Sequence record: NC_070957.1
Reading direction: 5' to 3' (one strand)
DNA length: 64,000 nt
Position numbers and translations under genes: made by a program. The notes below the pieces were generated by a model. The model did not search any database, was not told the origin of the DNA, and was given only the letters and a program-made list of their open reading frames with translations. Shown here one piece after another: positions 26,750 through 36,451 of this stretch. Numbering within the stretch: position 1 is the first letter of the stretch; the number at the start of each line of letters is the position of its first letter.

Positions 26750-27517
26750 TTAGTTCAACTTCGGAAGTTGGATCACGTGGTTGGTCATGATAGCAGTGAG
26801 GTTGCTCAGCTGTTCGGTAATGAAACCAACATACTGCACTGCTTGAGCCAACGTGTTCAGTGACTCATTCAGAATTTCCTGTTGGGGTTCACTGAGACTG
26901 ATTTCCTGCTCCAGGATTTTCCGCTTGAGCAGATCAGCCATCCTGATTACTTCGTCTGCGCTCTTCGCCAGCATTTCGGCATCACGAGCGTTCAACTTAC
27001 CGGCAACGCGGTTGAAGTTATCGAAGATATCTTTACCAATGGTCCAGTTGGGATAGAGTTCACTAACCGGACGAGTGGACGGATTCCCAACGGTGAATAC
27101 CAGGTCGGTTTTGGCTTTCAGATCAAAGATCAGAGTCATTGTGTCATGATTAAACATTGCCACAGGGACTTGACCTTTAGCTGCCGCCAGCTTCAGACCA
27201 CGGTAAACTGATTCACAACCGGTGGTAGCAATTTGCATTGCACCGATAGCTTGCAGACACAATTCCACGTATTCCTGGAAGGAACATTTCGCCGGGTTAA
27301 AAAGAACTGGCGATTGGATATGTTTGTAAGCAATATCGAAATAGTTATTTTTGTGACGGAGGGTGTTGAACAAACCACCATCTTTAATAACGTGAACCGA
27401 CTTGTTGAAATTGCGAGCATTGAACTTGTCGATGCCGAGGCTCAGCTCAGAAAAGAAGGACGAAACCTTCTCGGACAGAGTCAGGGCTTCCTGACCCGCG
27501 ATATTCGCGATTGACAT
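26750..27517 (-). CDS. Putative virion (head) protein, gp153-like by synteny
   Basis: Short leader ending IAGQE; divergent from uvsX. Confidence 0.55.
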   Translation of the reverse strand: MSIANIAGQEALTLSEKVSSFFSELSLGIDKFNARNFNKSVHVIKDGGLFNTLRHKNNYFDIAYKHIQSPVLFNPAKCSFQEYVELCLQAIGAMQIATTGCESVYRGLKLAAAKGQVPVAMFNHDTMTLIFDLKAKTDLVFTVGNPSTRPVSELYPNWTIGKDIFDNFNRVAGKLNARDAEMLAKSADEVIRMADLLKRKILEQEISLSEPQQEILNESLNTLAQAVQYVGFITEQLSNLTAIMTNHVIQLPKLN

Positions 27518-27573
27518 ACTTTGGTTATCTCCAAACCGTAACGAGTTTCATAAGATAAATTAAGAGGGCATAT

Positions 27574-29037
27574 ATGCTGGGTGCATTGGATTTCCTGAAA
27601 AACTATTCTGCTGAATCTGACCTTCAGATTGGGCTGAACGTTTCTCCCATTTTCGACATGCTGACAACCAGCATGATCAAAGACCATCGTGGTGTCTGGG
27701 TACAGAACGGTGGCCTCATGCCTATCAACGCTCTGGCCGGTGGCAACAACACTCAGAAGACAGGTCGTACTGTGAAAGACACTGCGGCGTTGCTCTACCG
27801 TTTCCAAACCGCCAAAGTGTTGTACGGTGACTCTGAATCCACTCTGGACATTTCCCGTCTGGCCGAAGAGGTTGACCGTCTGTTTGATGAAGAGGGCTAC
27901 TTCGAAGAGCACATCAACAACAAGCGTTTCTTCTACATGCCGTACTCTGCCGGGATCGATGGGACCGAACTTCACCGTCGTGTCCAAGAGATCTTCACTC
28001 GTATCGATGCGTTGTCCAAGTCCAAGGACAAGGACGAACAGGCTGCTTACGAAGGAATGTTCATCGACACTCCGTTCGTTTCTGCCAAGACCGGTAAACG
28101 GATTCGCGTCCAGGGTCCGATGTTGTTCATCATGGACTCCATCTCCGAAATTCTGTTCGACACGCTCATGTTCAAACAGTTCGATGATGGTGACATCGAT
28201 GAAGGCGGCAAGAAGCGTACCCGTGACATGGAAATCGGTAACATGCGTCGCATCCTGATGACTGACGTCTGTATGCTCGGTCCGCGTGTCGGACTCCGGA
28301 GTTACTGGATCGCTCAGTCCGCTGACGTCATGAACATCGATGGTAAGCCCAAGGAAAAAGACTCCACCTTCCTGCGTCACAACAAGAAGATCGCCGCCCC
28401 GAAAGCGATTCTCAAACTTCCGCACATTGGTGTGGAGATCATCCGCGGTGCGGTACTGAAACAGAACGACCACTCTGTTACCTACCCCCGTGGTAAAGAG
28501 TCCCAGATCTGTGCCAACGCCAAGAGCAATCCGGAACTGGTGGAATACAGCACCACTGTCTTCCGTAACAAGTCTGGTCAGTCTGGCGGTGACATCAAGT
28601 TTATCGGTTCCCAGGAAGAAGGTATCCTGGAATCTCTGAGCATGTACAACTCTCTGAAAGACGAAGGGTATTTCGGACTGAATGGATCGGCCATTCGTCA
28701 CAACTGTGCCCTTATCCCAGACGTGTCACTCACCCGACCCACCGTCCGTGACATCCTGGACGAGAACAAGAAGCTCCGCCGTGCTATCGAGATCACGTGG
28801 CAACTCTGGTACATGCAGACCTTCTGGACCAACTTCCCGGCTGAATGGCGAATCGAGCCTGCCAAGCTCTATGAAATGGGTAAAGAGAAGGGTCTGGATT
28901 GGGATGACATCCTCGAGAACACTGTGTACTTCTGGCACGACAACCCCGAGCACATCAAAGAACACACCCTTACTGTTTACGAACTCCTCGAGATCGTAGT
29001 TAACGGTAAGAAGCCCTATTGGAAGGAAACTAAGTAA
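27574..29037 (+). CDS. uvsX: UvsX/RecA-like recombinase (phiKZ gp152-like)
   Basis: Variant Walker A GGNNTQKT, YGDSESTLD, Walker B FIMDSISE; 487 aa. Confidence 0.75.
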   Translation: MLGALDFLKNYSAESDLQIGLNVSPIFDMLTTSMIKDHRGVWVQNGGLMPINALAGGNNTQKTGRTVKDTAALLYRFQTAKVLYGDSESTLDISRLAEEVDRLFDEEGYFEEHINNKRFFYMPYSAGIDGTELHRRVQEIFTRIDALSKSKDKDEQAAYEGMFIDTPFVSAKTGKRIRVQGPMLFIMDSISEILFDTLMFKQFDDGDIDEGGKKRTRDMEIGNMRRILMTDVCMLGPRVGLRSYWIAQSADVMNIDGKPKEKDSTFLRHNKKIAAPKAILKLPHIGVEIIRGAVLKQNDHSVTYPRGKESQICANAKSNPELVEYSTTVFRNKSGQSGGDIKFIGSQEEGILESLSMYNSLKDEGYFGLNGSAIRHNCALIPDVSLTRPTVRDILDENKKLRRAIEITWQLWYMQTFWTNFPAEWRIEPAKLYEMGKEKGLDWDDILENTVYFWHDNPEHIKEHTLTVYELLEIVVNGKKPYWKETK

Positions 29038-29405
29038 TGACCGAACAAACCAACACCTCGATGTTTTACGACTACTCTGTGCTGGTAGTGGTGGAACCTG
29101 AGTTCGAATCCAAGGTTAAGGATATCGAGGCGTATCGTAACAACCTGGTCAAGCATCTGACCAAACGAGCGGGAGGGACCCCGCTCCGTATTGTGACCCC
29201 GAAAGGTAAATTTGGGTTCGTGGGTTTCGAAGAGATGGAAAGCGATGATCGTAACAAAACTGCGTTCGTTCGTTCTGTTGAGGATTATTTGACCCAACTT
29301 AACGAGATCGTGGTTGTTGCCAACTATCAGCAACATCCCTTCTTTGACGCTCTGAGCAACAGCGCCACAGGAGCAAGCAAGACGGTCTCTTTCTACGGCT
29401 ATTAA
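29037..29405 (+). CDS. Hypothetical protein
   Basis: TAATG coupling; 122 aa. Confidence 0.75.
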   Translation: MTEQTNTSMFYDYSVLVVVEPEFESKVKDIEAYRNNLVKHLTKRAGGTPLRIVTPKGKFGFVGFEEMESDDRNKTAFVRSVEDYLTQLNEIVVVANYQQHPFFDALSNSATGASKTVSFYGY

Positions 29406-29414
29406 GGAACCCTC

Positions 29415-30095
29415 ATGCTTAAAAACAGAAAAGAGATTCAGAATGACATCCTTTTCTTGGCAAAGCGTATAACTCCCGGTGGTGGCAATCACCGGATTTA
29501 TACCGCTCTGTTTGAAGAGATGTCCGATGATCAGTTCAAACTGTTCTGGAATGGCATCCATGATTCCGGTTTCATTCCTTTTATCGTTGACAACTACGAT
29601 AACAAGGAAATGATCGATTATGACGGTATCGCCAAGCTCGCTAAGGAACTCAACATTCCATTGGAGCAGCGTATCATTATGACCGATCCCGATACCGGGC
29701 TGGAACACACCACTCCTGAAACCTATCTGGTTGGTATTGCCGAAACCCGTAAACAACGCCAACTCCAGGCTAAGAAGTTTGGTGCATCCAAACATGACCA
29801 CGATATCGAAGACTTGACTGGTCAACCTACTGGTGACTCTAAAGCCGGTGGTATCTCTAACCCCGAAATTCAGGTTCTGCTTTCGCTTGGTCTGAAGACT
29901 ATGGCTAAAGAACTCGCTGACGTTCGTGGTGGTGATATTGGGGCTTACCAAGCTTACAAGAACGACATCATCTCTGGTGGTGAAACAACTGTTCAATCTA
30001 CCCTGGAACGGGGAACTGGTGTTAAGTCCTTGAGGACAGCTCACTGGATGCTTCGTGGTCGACTGCTCGATAACAACCTGCACCGGAGGGACTGA
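29415..30095 (+). CDS. Virion RNA polymerase beta subunit, C-terminal part (phiKZ gp149-like)
   Basis: LTGQPTGDSKAGGISNPEIQVLLSLG...ELADVRGGD aligns with RpoB VTQQPLGG...FGEMEVWAL...EMLTVKSDD. Confidence 0.82.
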   Translation: MLKNRKEIQNDILFLAKRITPGGGNHRIYTALFEEMSDDQFKLFWNGIHDSGFIPFIVDNYDNKEMIDYDGIAKLAKELNIPLEQRIIMTDPDTGLEHTTPETYLVGIAETRKQRQLQAKKFGASKHDHDIEDLTGQPTGDSKAGGISNPEIQVLLSLGLKTMAKELADVRGGDIGAYQAYKNDIISGGETTVQSTLERGTGVKSLRTAHWMLRGRLLDNNLHRRD

Positions 30096-30598
30096 TGTGG
30101 TTTGATGAAACCGGTAAACCGGTAATGGAAGATCAGGTAGCCATGCTTATCGATGCAATCGCACTCGAAAAGATGAATGAGCTCCAGGTCAATGGTGATG
30201 TGTCTAAATTCTGGACTGTCGTCTCTGACACGATTAACTCTTATCCGGTCGCTGCATTTATGCAGGCGTACAAAGACTTCACCTTTTATCTCCTGAACGA
30301 TCCTTCGATGTGTAAAGAGCTTTTCGACTATACAACTTGTCTGGTTGTTCAGCTCCGTACGAAACCCTACTACACGAAGGCGGTTGAAAGCAGTCTCTCT
30401 GTACTGACCCAGATCAAGAATCACGATGCGTTTGCTGACGTACTCGATGAAAACGTCCAGGGTCTGGATGTGATCGCAGAGTTGTTGATGTTTATCCGAC
30501 TCAACCATCGTGTGATCGAACGTCGCCTCATCGAGATGGCAGGTGGCCAGGTGAAACTCCCTCGACCTTCATCGAAACAGGATGGAGGTGAAAGATGA
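30095..30598 (+). CDS. Conserved hypothetical protein
   Basis: TGATG coupling; 167 aa. Confidence 0.75.
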   Translation: MWFDETGKPVMEDQVAMLIDAIALEKMNELQVNGDVSKFWTVVSDTINSYPVAAFMQAYKDFTFYLLNDPSMCKELFDYTTCLVVQLRTKPYYTKAVESSLSVLTQIKNHDAFADVLDENVQGLDVIAELLMFIRLNHRVIERRLIEMAGGQVKLPRPSSKQDGGER

Positions 30599-31323
30599 TC
30601 TCCATCTACACCGAGTTAGGGTCGTTGTTCGATGAACGAAGAATGATTCTATGTAAACTTGCTCGTGAAACTGTCGGATTTAAATTCGACTGGGTTCGTA
30701 ATTTTCAGCAAGTGTATCAAGAACGTCTCTACGATGTTTTTGAGTATCCCGAATTCGGGATTACCGATGAACGTTATAAAGAACGGTTTGAGCGTAGAAG
30801 TAAGGAAGATTTCGCGGATCGCCTCGAGAACTTCCTTTACCCGTCGAAGGTATGTCGGGATATGTTCAATATCGTCCGAGAGTATGAATTCGGTGTGGGT
30901 AAGCTCCTCTCTGTTTCCAAGTTCACTGTGACTGTCAACACATGGCCATATGAACTGAACGACGAGGAGCAAGCGGAATTGATCGGTGCGATCAAGGGAA
31001 CTGTTAGTTGGAGTTTCGACGTCAACTTGGTTCACCTTCCTCCCCAACAACTCATCCCGCACTTCCTTCATGGTTTCGATTACGTGTTCAAATACGACTA
31101 CATGCTTTCACCTCACATGGGTAAGTATTGGGAGTTGTACGAGACCTCACTTCCTAGCAGAACCAAAATCGTGGTTCCTGGAGTGTTCAAAGGTAAAGTG
31201 ACCCTTACAGATGGAATGGAAGCGGATTCGCCGAAAGACCTCATCTTTAAGTTAAGTGCATACCAGGGCGGTAAGGTTACCTGGATACCGTGCGATAAAA
31301 GCATTTATGACTCATACTCATAA
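30595..31323 (+). CDS. Conserved hypothetical protein (possibly degenerate HAD-like fold)
   Basis: ATGA overlap; N-terminal IYTELGSLFDER resembles a DxD..LDTR motif lacking the Asp residues. Confidence 0.7.
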   Translation: MISIYTELGSLFDERRMILCKLARETVGFKFDWVRNFQQVYQERLYDVFEYPEFGITDERYKERFERRSKEDFADRLENFLYPSKVCRDMFNIVREYEFGVGKLLSVSKFTVTVNTWPYELNDEEQAELIGAIKGTVSWSFDVNLVHLPPQQLIPHFLHGFDYVFKYDYMLSPHMGKYWELYETSLPSRTKIVVPGVFKGKVTLTDGMEADSPKDLIFKLSAYQGGKVTWIPCDKSIYDSYS

Positions 31324-31326
31324 ATC

Positions 31327-31356
31327 ACCTCCTAGGACCTACGGGTCCTAGGAGGT
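31327..31356. terminator. Bidirectional terminator
   Basis: acctcctaggacc-tacg-ggtcctaggaggt. Confidence 0.85.
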
Positions 31357-31377
31357 TTACTTTATGTTTGTTCTGTA

Positions 31378-31908
31378 TTAAAAAGTGGCTTCGATTTCAG
31401 AGATGTCTATTTCTTGAACACCTTGGTCGATTTCTCCTTCTTTGATGCGTTCATCGAAAGAGAGTTCCTTGATAGGTTTCAAGGGATCGAGAATCATTGC
31501 CCGGTCACCATAGTTCGGAAGCACCAGTTTACCAGCAGCGACTTCGTTGAGCGCGTTAACGAAAGTTGCAAAGTTGGCACGGTTGTCCTCGGCTTCTTTC
31601 TCCTTGGCCCGTTCTTTCCGCTCATCCCGGATAGTCTTCTCCAAGAGACCGGTCAGAGTGTTGATGGAGTCAAGCAGTTTACAGTTACTCGGCTTACTGA
31701 TGTAGGTTTCCATTGCCACGTCGAGAAGCAATGCACGTTGCTTGGTGAGCATACTGACAAGCTCTGATTCGGCTTGACGCTTATCATCGGTCTTATTCAA
31801 TATGCGGTTGATCTCAGCGATAAATTCATCTTTCTTCTTAATGGACTTATCAGCTTTGGTGCCCTCTACTGGCTGAGGGAGAATTCCTGAATCTTCTTCG
31901 TCGTACAT
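31378..31908 (-). CDS. Hypothetical coiled-coil protein
   Basis: GGAG RBS before ATG 31908 (MYDEEDSG). Confidence 0.7.
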   Translation of the reverse strand: MYDEEDSGILPQPVEGTKADKSIKKKDEFIAEINRILNKTDDKRQAESELVSMLTKQRALLLDVAMETYISKPSNCKLLDSINTLTGLLEKTIRDERKERAKEKEAEDNRANFATFVNALNEVAAGKLVLPNYGDRAMILDPLKPIKELSFDERIKEGEIDQGVQEIDISEIEATF

Positions 31909-31950
31909 TGTATGCTCCAGAATGTCTAAAGTTTTAACTGTTCTAAACTT

Positions 31951-31974
31951 TTTCAAGCAGATATTATCATGTTG
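31951..31974 (+). promoter_or_regulatory. Putative early promoter
   Basis: tttcaagcagatattatcatgttg motif match. Confidence 0.6.
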
Positions 31975-32012
31975 TAAGTGCATGAAGATATCTAAAATTA
32001 GATGAGGTAACC

Positions 32013-32561
32013 ATGTTTGAAAAGCTACTTATGCGGTTCTCTTTCTTCAGAAGGAGGGCTAAAAGAAAGTTAAGGACTACGTTAGCAGTCCTCACTGAAA
32101 AGATAAACCAACAAGGTGCTTTCAACGATGATGACATAGTCACTATACACAACATCGTAAAAAGCCCTCTAATCTCGTATGACGAGAGTTTGGTGTTGGG
32201 TGCTGATGAGACTATACGTTTCTATTCGGTGACCTCTAACAAGGCTCTCGTTGCTCTTGAAAAGAGACCAGATGTACTGTCCCCCGCCAACCTTAATTAC
32301 GATATCACGGCCAATCCAAAAGAGCGGCCTTTCTACACTTGGTATTCAAACCAAGATAGTGTTCGACACTACGTGGATACTGTATCTGAGATGCTGGATG
32401 CCCACGTCGACACCATCGTTACCGAGATTGATATCAAAGGCACCTGGCGACCCACATTAACAGAAGAGGACCAAGAGTTCCACGATGGGTTACTTTATCG
32501 ATTGTTCCTGTTAGACCTGTTGAACATCATCAACTTCTATATGGAACGGCAATCCGACTAA
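32013..32561 (+). CDS. Hypothetical protein
   Basis: GAGG RBS; 182 aa. Confidence 0.75.
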   Translation: MFEKLLMRFSFFRRRAKRKLRTTLAVLTEKINQQGAFNDDDIVTIHNIVKSPLISYDESLVLGADETIRFYSVTSNKALVALEKRPDVLSPANLNYDITANPKERPFYTWYSNQDSVRHYVDTVSEMLDAHVDTIVTEIDIKGTWRPTLTEEDQEFHDGLLYRLFLLDLLNIINFYMERQSD

Positions 32562-32573
32562 AGGTATAAAACA

Positions 32574-32996
32574 ATGGCAAAGAAACCAACCAATAAGACA
32601 GGCTTTGAGCGTAATAAGAATTTTGTGCCGGATGAACAACTGACCGATACCCCGGCTCGGTTATTCAGGAAGATCTCCAACGCCATGGGAATGAACCTCA
32701 GCAAGTGGACATCCTACATGGGTGAATACTTGCGTTGGTTACACCCGGAAGACTCTGGAACACCACTGGAAGTCAAGAAGGCAAGATCGACCACTCTGGG
32801 TAACGCGCAAAGTGCTTACTACTACAGCAAGTCTCTCAGCTTTAATAAGCTGATTGCAGGAATGAAAATTCTTAAATTCAAGAAGGTCACTTTCACCATT
32901 ACTGGTGAAACTGCAACCGGTGAAGTTATCACCGTGAGCGAGACTACGTTCCTTAATCGCGATACACCAACACCTGAAGACCCGTCCGAAGAGTAA
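32574..32996 (+). CDS. Conserved phiKZ-like hypothetical protein (basic, possibly DNA-binding)
   Basis: LFRKI...W..YM.EYL...GN...LSFNKL..GMKIL pattern. Confidence 0.7.
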   Translation: MAKKPTNKTGFERNKNFVPDEQLTDTPARLFRKISNAMGMNLSKWTSYMGEYLRWLHPEDSGTPLEVKKARSTTLGNAQSAYYYSKSLSFNKLIAGMKILKFKKVTFTITGETATGEVITVSETTFLNRDTPTPEDPSEE

Positions 32997-33005
32997 CGCG
33001 GTCAT

Positions 33006-33037
33006 CTGTTACCCCTACCACATGGTAGGGGTAACAG
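33006..33037 (+). terminator. Hairpin terminator (ACCCCTACC stem family)
   Basis: ctgttacccctacca-ca-tggtaggggtaacag. Confidence 0.8.
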
Positions 33038-33078
33038 TCAACTTATCCAATTTCTTTTTTGTCTAAATAGAGGTCGTA

Positions 33079-35274
33079 ATGGCTAATAAAGTTAGCACGC
33101 AAGACAAGAACCTTGTGACGAGGTCCTTTCGTCTTTTGAGTGACGGCGTTGCAAACCCGACCGATGAGTATATAAACACAGACTACGATCTGTACACCAG
33201 TTTCTTCTCAACGGCGATCGGGGATAACAAGTACATCAACCCGCTACCAGGATATGGATTCAACACGGATCCCTATCCAGAACCCATCATGGAAAACCGA
33301 TACGGTAACATGGGTCGTTTCTACAAACGTATCCATCACGACAATGCAGAAATGGTAACACTCACTGCTTGTGTCCCTGAGTTTACAGGTATCCTTCCAT
33401 TCCTTATGAATATGTTTGACTATAGCGCCGCCGTTATGGTTAACAAAGGTCGTGCTCCTGGTTGGGCGTTCTATATAGGTCAAGCCGCCGGTGCTATCGC
33501 GTTCTTCCCCGCACAGATCGTAGCCGCCAGTTGGAACTTCTTCGAATACCTCACTCAACAACCGAAGAACCAATGGTACTACGGCAAAGCTGCTATGGGT
33601 CAGTACTTGACAGCAGCTCAAGGTATGTTCAACGACCTGATGGTTGCCGCTGGATATACATTGACTGTTCTTCCCCAAGGTTCCCAGGTAATGGATACCA
33701 AGTTGGGTGATCGACAATCAAACGGCCTCAAAGGTTATCGGACACACAGTGACCAAGCAAAGAGTAACTACAGTTACCTGAACTCCATGTTCCCTGATGC
33801 GATTAACCAAGACGGAACCGTGGACATCACAAGGGTCGCGTTACGTGGTGTGAGGAAATATCGCTATTTCCTTAATAAGGTTAAGTCGTTGGACGAAGGC
33901 TCTCGTTTCCGTAGTGTCGGGGAGAAAGACCTCGCTATTGAACGTATTCTGAATGGTCTTATTAAAGACGGTAACTTCATGAATGGTTCTGTTGGCCCGG
34001 CGGGGAAAATAGGGACTTACGAGATACTCACCAAGGAGCTCGGGTCAGTAGGCGCGTCACGGGGTTCTGATGAGATATCCTACCCTGAAGTTGCATCTGC
34101 TTATACCAACCCGAGTGCTTATGCCGAGATTCTTCCTGCTGATATGGACACAGGTCAAGCAAGTGGTTTTGATAGTGTCCGTGCCAAAGTGGAAGGTCAG
34201 GTGTCTGCCGAACGCGAAGAACGTTTCGGAATCAACCAAGGTAACTCCGGTGCAGCTGATGGTGCCACGTCACCACAACTGCAAGGAACAGAGGCGTTCT
34301 TTAATGACACCAATAATCTTTCTGAAGATTCGTGGCTGACACAAGTTGGTTCCTTGTTGATGGATCACCTTTACGGTGGTACTGACGGGATCACGTTTAG
34401 GACAGAAGGGACAGGGGCTGTTAGTGATTCATTCTCTAACGCTTCTCAACAATCTGCTATTGCCAGCAGCTTCAACAACACAGTACAAGCTGTCCAAGAC
34501 TTCAAGTTCAACATGGGTGGTGGTGTTACTGGTATCGAGTTCATTGACAAGGCAATGGAGATCGTTAAAGACTCTGTAACTGGTCTGATGGCTGGTAGTG
34601 TGGTTGGTAACCTCCCGTTGGCGTTGCTGGGTAACTCCAGGGTTATCATTCCAGAACACTGGCAAGATTCAACTACCAGTCTTCACAGTGAAACGATCAA
34701 CCTGTATTTCCAGGCTCCTTATGCACATCCTTATTCGATCGCCACAAACGTATTCCTTCCAGTAGCGTTGATCATGCCGTTCTTTGTTCCATTCAGTACA
34801 GGTGGTGCGATGTATGGTTCTCCGTTCATGGTTAAGAGCTTTGCTCGTGGGAAAGGAATCATTCGTTCTGGTATGGTTCGTAACGCATCCATGACTTGGG
34901 GTGAAGGTCCGCTGGGTTGGACTACGGATAAGAAACCGTTGAACTGCCGAATCACTCTGGATTTGGTTGACTTCGATCCGATTCTTTCCGTTCCGGTTAC
35001 TCGCGTCACTAACCCACTTGACTTGGTTAACATCGCTAAGCAATCTTCCCGTTATCTTGGTGACATCGGTAAGTACAACGACTGGGTGAACCGGGTTGCT
35101 GGCCTGGACTATATCGACACTGTTCTTCGTTATAACGACATGAACCGTCGACTCACTCGTTTCACCAATGACGTTGAAACCATGTTCTCCCCTGCCAACG
35201 TAGCAAACATTGTCAACGACTCCATTATCGGTGACGTTTCCCGTTTGTTTGTTGGTCGTCCTATGAACCGTTAA
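33079..35274 (+). CDS. Tail/baseplate virion protein (phiKZ gp182-like)
   Basis: 731 aa; LGN...IPEHWQDS and Y.SPFMVK...RG...GMV motifs; convergent with the gp181-like gene. Confidence 0.65.
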   Translation: MANKVSTQDKNLVTRSFRLLSDGVANPTDEYINTDYDLYTSFFSTAIGDNKYINPLPGYGFNTDPYPEPIMENRYGNMGRFYKRIHHDNAEMVTLTACVPEFTGILPFLMNMFDYSAAVMVNKGRAPGWAFYIGQAAGAIAFFPAQIVAASWNFFEYLTQQPKNQWYYGKAAMGQYLTAAQGMFNDLMVAAGYTLTVLPQGSQVMDTKLGDRQSNGLKGYRTHSDQAKSNYSYLNSMFPDAINQDGTVDITRVALRGVRKYRYFLNKVKSLDEGSRFRSVGEKDLAIERILNGLIKDGNFMNGSVGPAGKIGTYEILTKELGSVGASRGSDEISYPEVASAYTNPSAYAEILPADMDTGQASGFDSVRAKVEGQVSAEREERFGINQGNSGAADGATSPQLQGTEAFFNDTNNLSEDSWLTQVGSLLMDHLYGGTDGITFRTEGTGAVSDSFSNASQQSAIASSFNNTVQAVQDFKFNMGGGVTGIEFIDKAMEIVKDSVTGLMAGSVVGNLPLALLGNSRVIIPEHWQDSTTSLHSETINLYFQAPYAHPYSIATNVFLPVALIMPFFVPFSTGGAMYGSPFMVKSFARGKGIIRSGMVRNASMTWGEGPLGWTTDKKPLNCRITLDLVDFDPILSVPVTRVTNPLDLVNIAKQSSRYLGDIGKYNDWVNRVAGLDYIDTVLRYNDMNRRLTRFTNDVETMFSPANVANIVNDSIIGDVSRLFVGRPMNR

Positions 35275-35284
35275 GGAGTAAGAA

Positions 35285-36403
35285 ATGGGATTATTAGGTC
35301 GCAGCTCTACCTTTAACGGGGTGGATGTAGACAACCCTATCAAGAAGGCGTCTCAATCGATCGCTGACGCAATCTCTGGCTTTGGTGATCAACTTGTCAA
35401 CCCCATGACTAACGTCTCTCAGGCGGAGACTGGCGTCGCTCTGGTTGATGAGAATAGCAGTTCCGTTAACGCATCGCTGACCAACTATAAATCCTTCACA
35501 CTAGAAGGGATTATGGCCCGATCACGTGATCTCGTTGGTGGGATACTGAACAACCCTGACTTGGGTCGGGTGTTGACCTGGGAAGATGGGTTCAATGTCG
35601 ACACTGACGAGCTGTTCCGTATCGCCGCTCAGGGTCTTGGTTTCTCGCTCAATGGCATGGGTGATATCAAACGCAGTATTGGTGATAGCTTCCTCGAAAG
35701 CTTGAACGATATGACTGGTGGTTTGAGTAGCGGTCTCTATTTTGATGACCAAATGAAACTCAAGATCGGTGACGGTTGGCAGATGGATGTTGCTGATGAG
35801 TTCCTGGGTTTCGTCAGCAAAATGGATAGTGACTTCGGAAAGGTCCTGAACCTTGCTGGTGTTAACGCGGTACTGAACACAATGGTGAATCAGGCCGCTA
35901 TGAACAGTATGTATCAGACCTACGATTCATTCGCTGATCAATACCTGTTCTACAGTGACTATGTTGATGCACTGATCAACTCCCTGGAGTTCATTCTTGG
36001 TCGTGGCGATCTCGAGTCCATGAACAAGATCTTCGAGATCATCGAGGAAGAAGGAATCCAGAAGGTAAGGGCACAATACCCTGACTTTATCGAACGTGCA
36101 CTTGCCAACTTCTACTTCACCAGTGATGTTTATCCTGAGGACTATGAAGAAATGGCGATCATGCTGGATAAAGTCCTTGTCCTGTATGGCGGAGAAGATT
36201 GGTTCTACTCTCATACCGAGTTTGGTAAATTGGTTAACCTTGCCGTTGTTTCTAACATCAGTGAAGACGCCAAATTACTTCTTGGTGATTTTGAGAAATA
36301 CCATGTGCTGTTACTCGGCGCAGGGATTTACCAAGATGAAAGTGCGTACGACGTATTCCTTCGTCAGATTCCCAACGCTATCGACTTCCAAATGAGAACA
36401 TAA
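35285..36403 (+). CDS. Putative virion structural protein
   Basis: AAGGAG RBS; 372 aa in the tail module. Confidence 0.6.
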   Translation: MGLLGRSSTFNGVDVDNPIKKASQSIADAISGFGDQLVNPMTNVSQAETGVALVDENSSSVNASLTNYKSFTLEGIMARSRDLVGGILNNPDLGRVLTWEDGFNVDTDELFRIAAQGLGFSLNGMGDIKRSIGDSFLESLNDMTGGLSSGLYFDDQMKLKIGDGWQMDVADEFLGFVSKMDSDFGKVLNLAGVNAVLNTMVNQAAMNSMYQTYDSFADQYLFYSDYVDALINSLEFILGRGDLESMNKIFEIIEEEGIQKVRAQYPDFIERALANFYFTSDVYPEDYEEMAIMLDKVLVLYGGEDWFYSHTEFGKLVNLAVVSNISEDAKLLLGDFEKYHVLLLGAGIYQDESAYDVFLRQIPNAIDFQMRT

Positions 36404-36408
36404 ACATA

Positions 36409-36449
36409 AGACCCCTACCCCTCCGAAAGGATGGGGTAGGGGTTTATTA
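36409..36449. terminator. Bidirectional terminator; inverted near-identical copy of 18441-18483
   Basis: agacccctacccctccgaaaggatggggtaggggtttatta. Confidence 0.85.
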
Positions 36450-36451
36450 TC

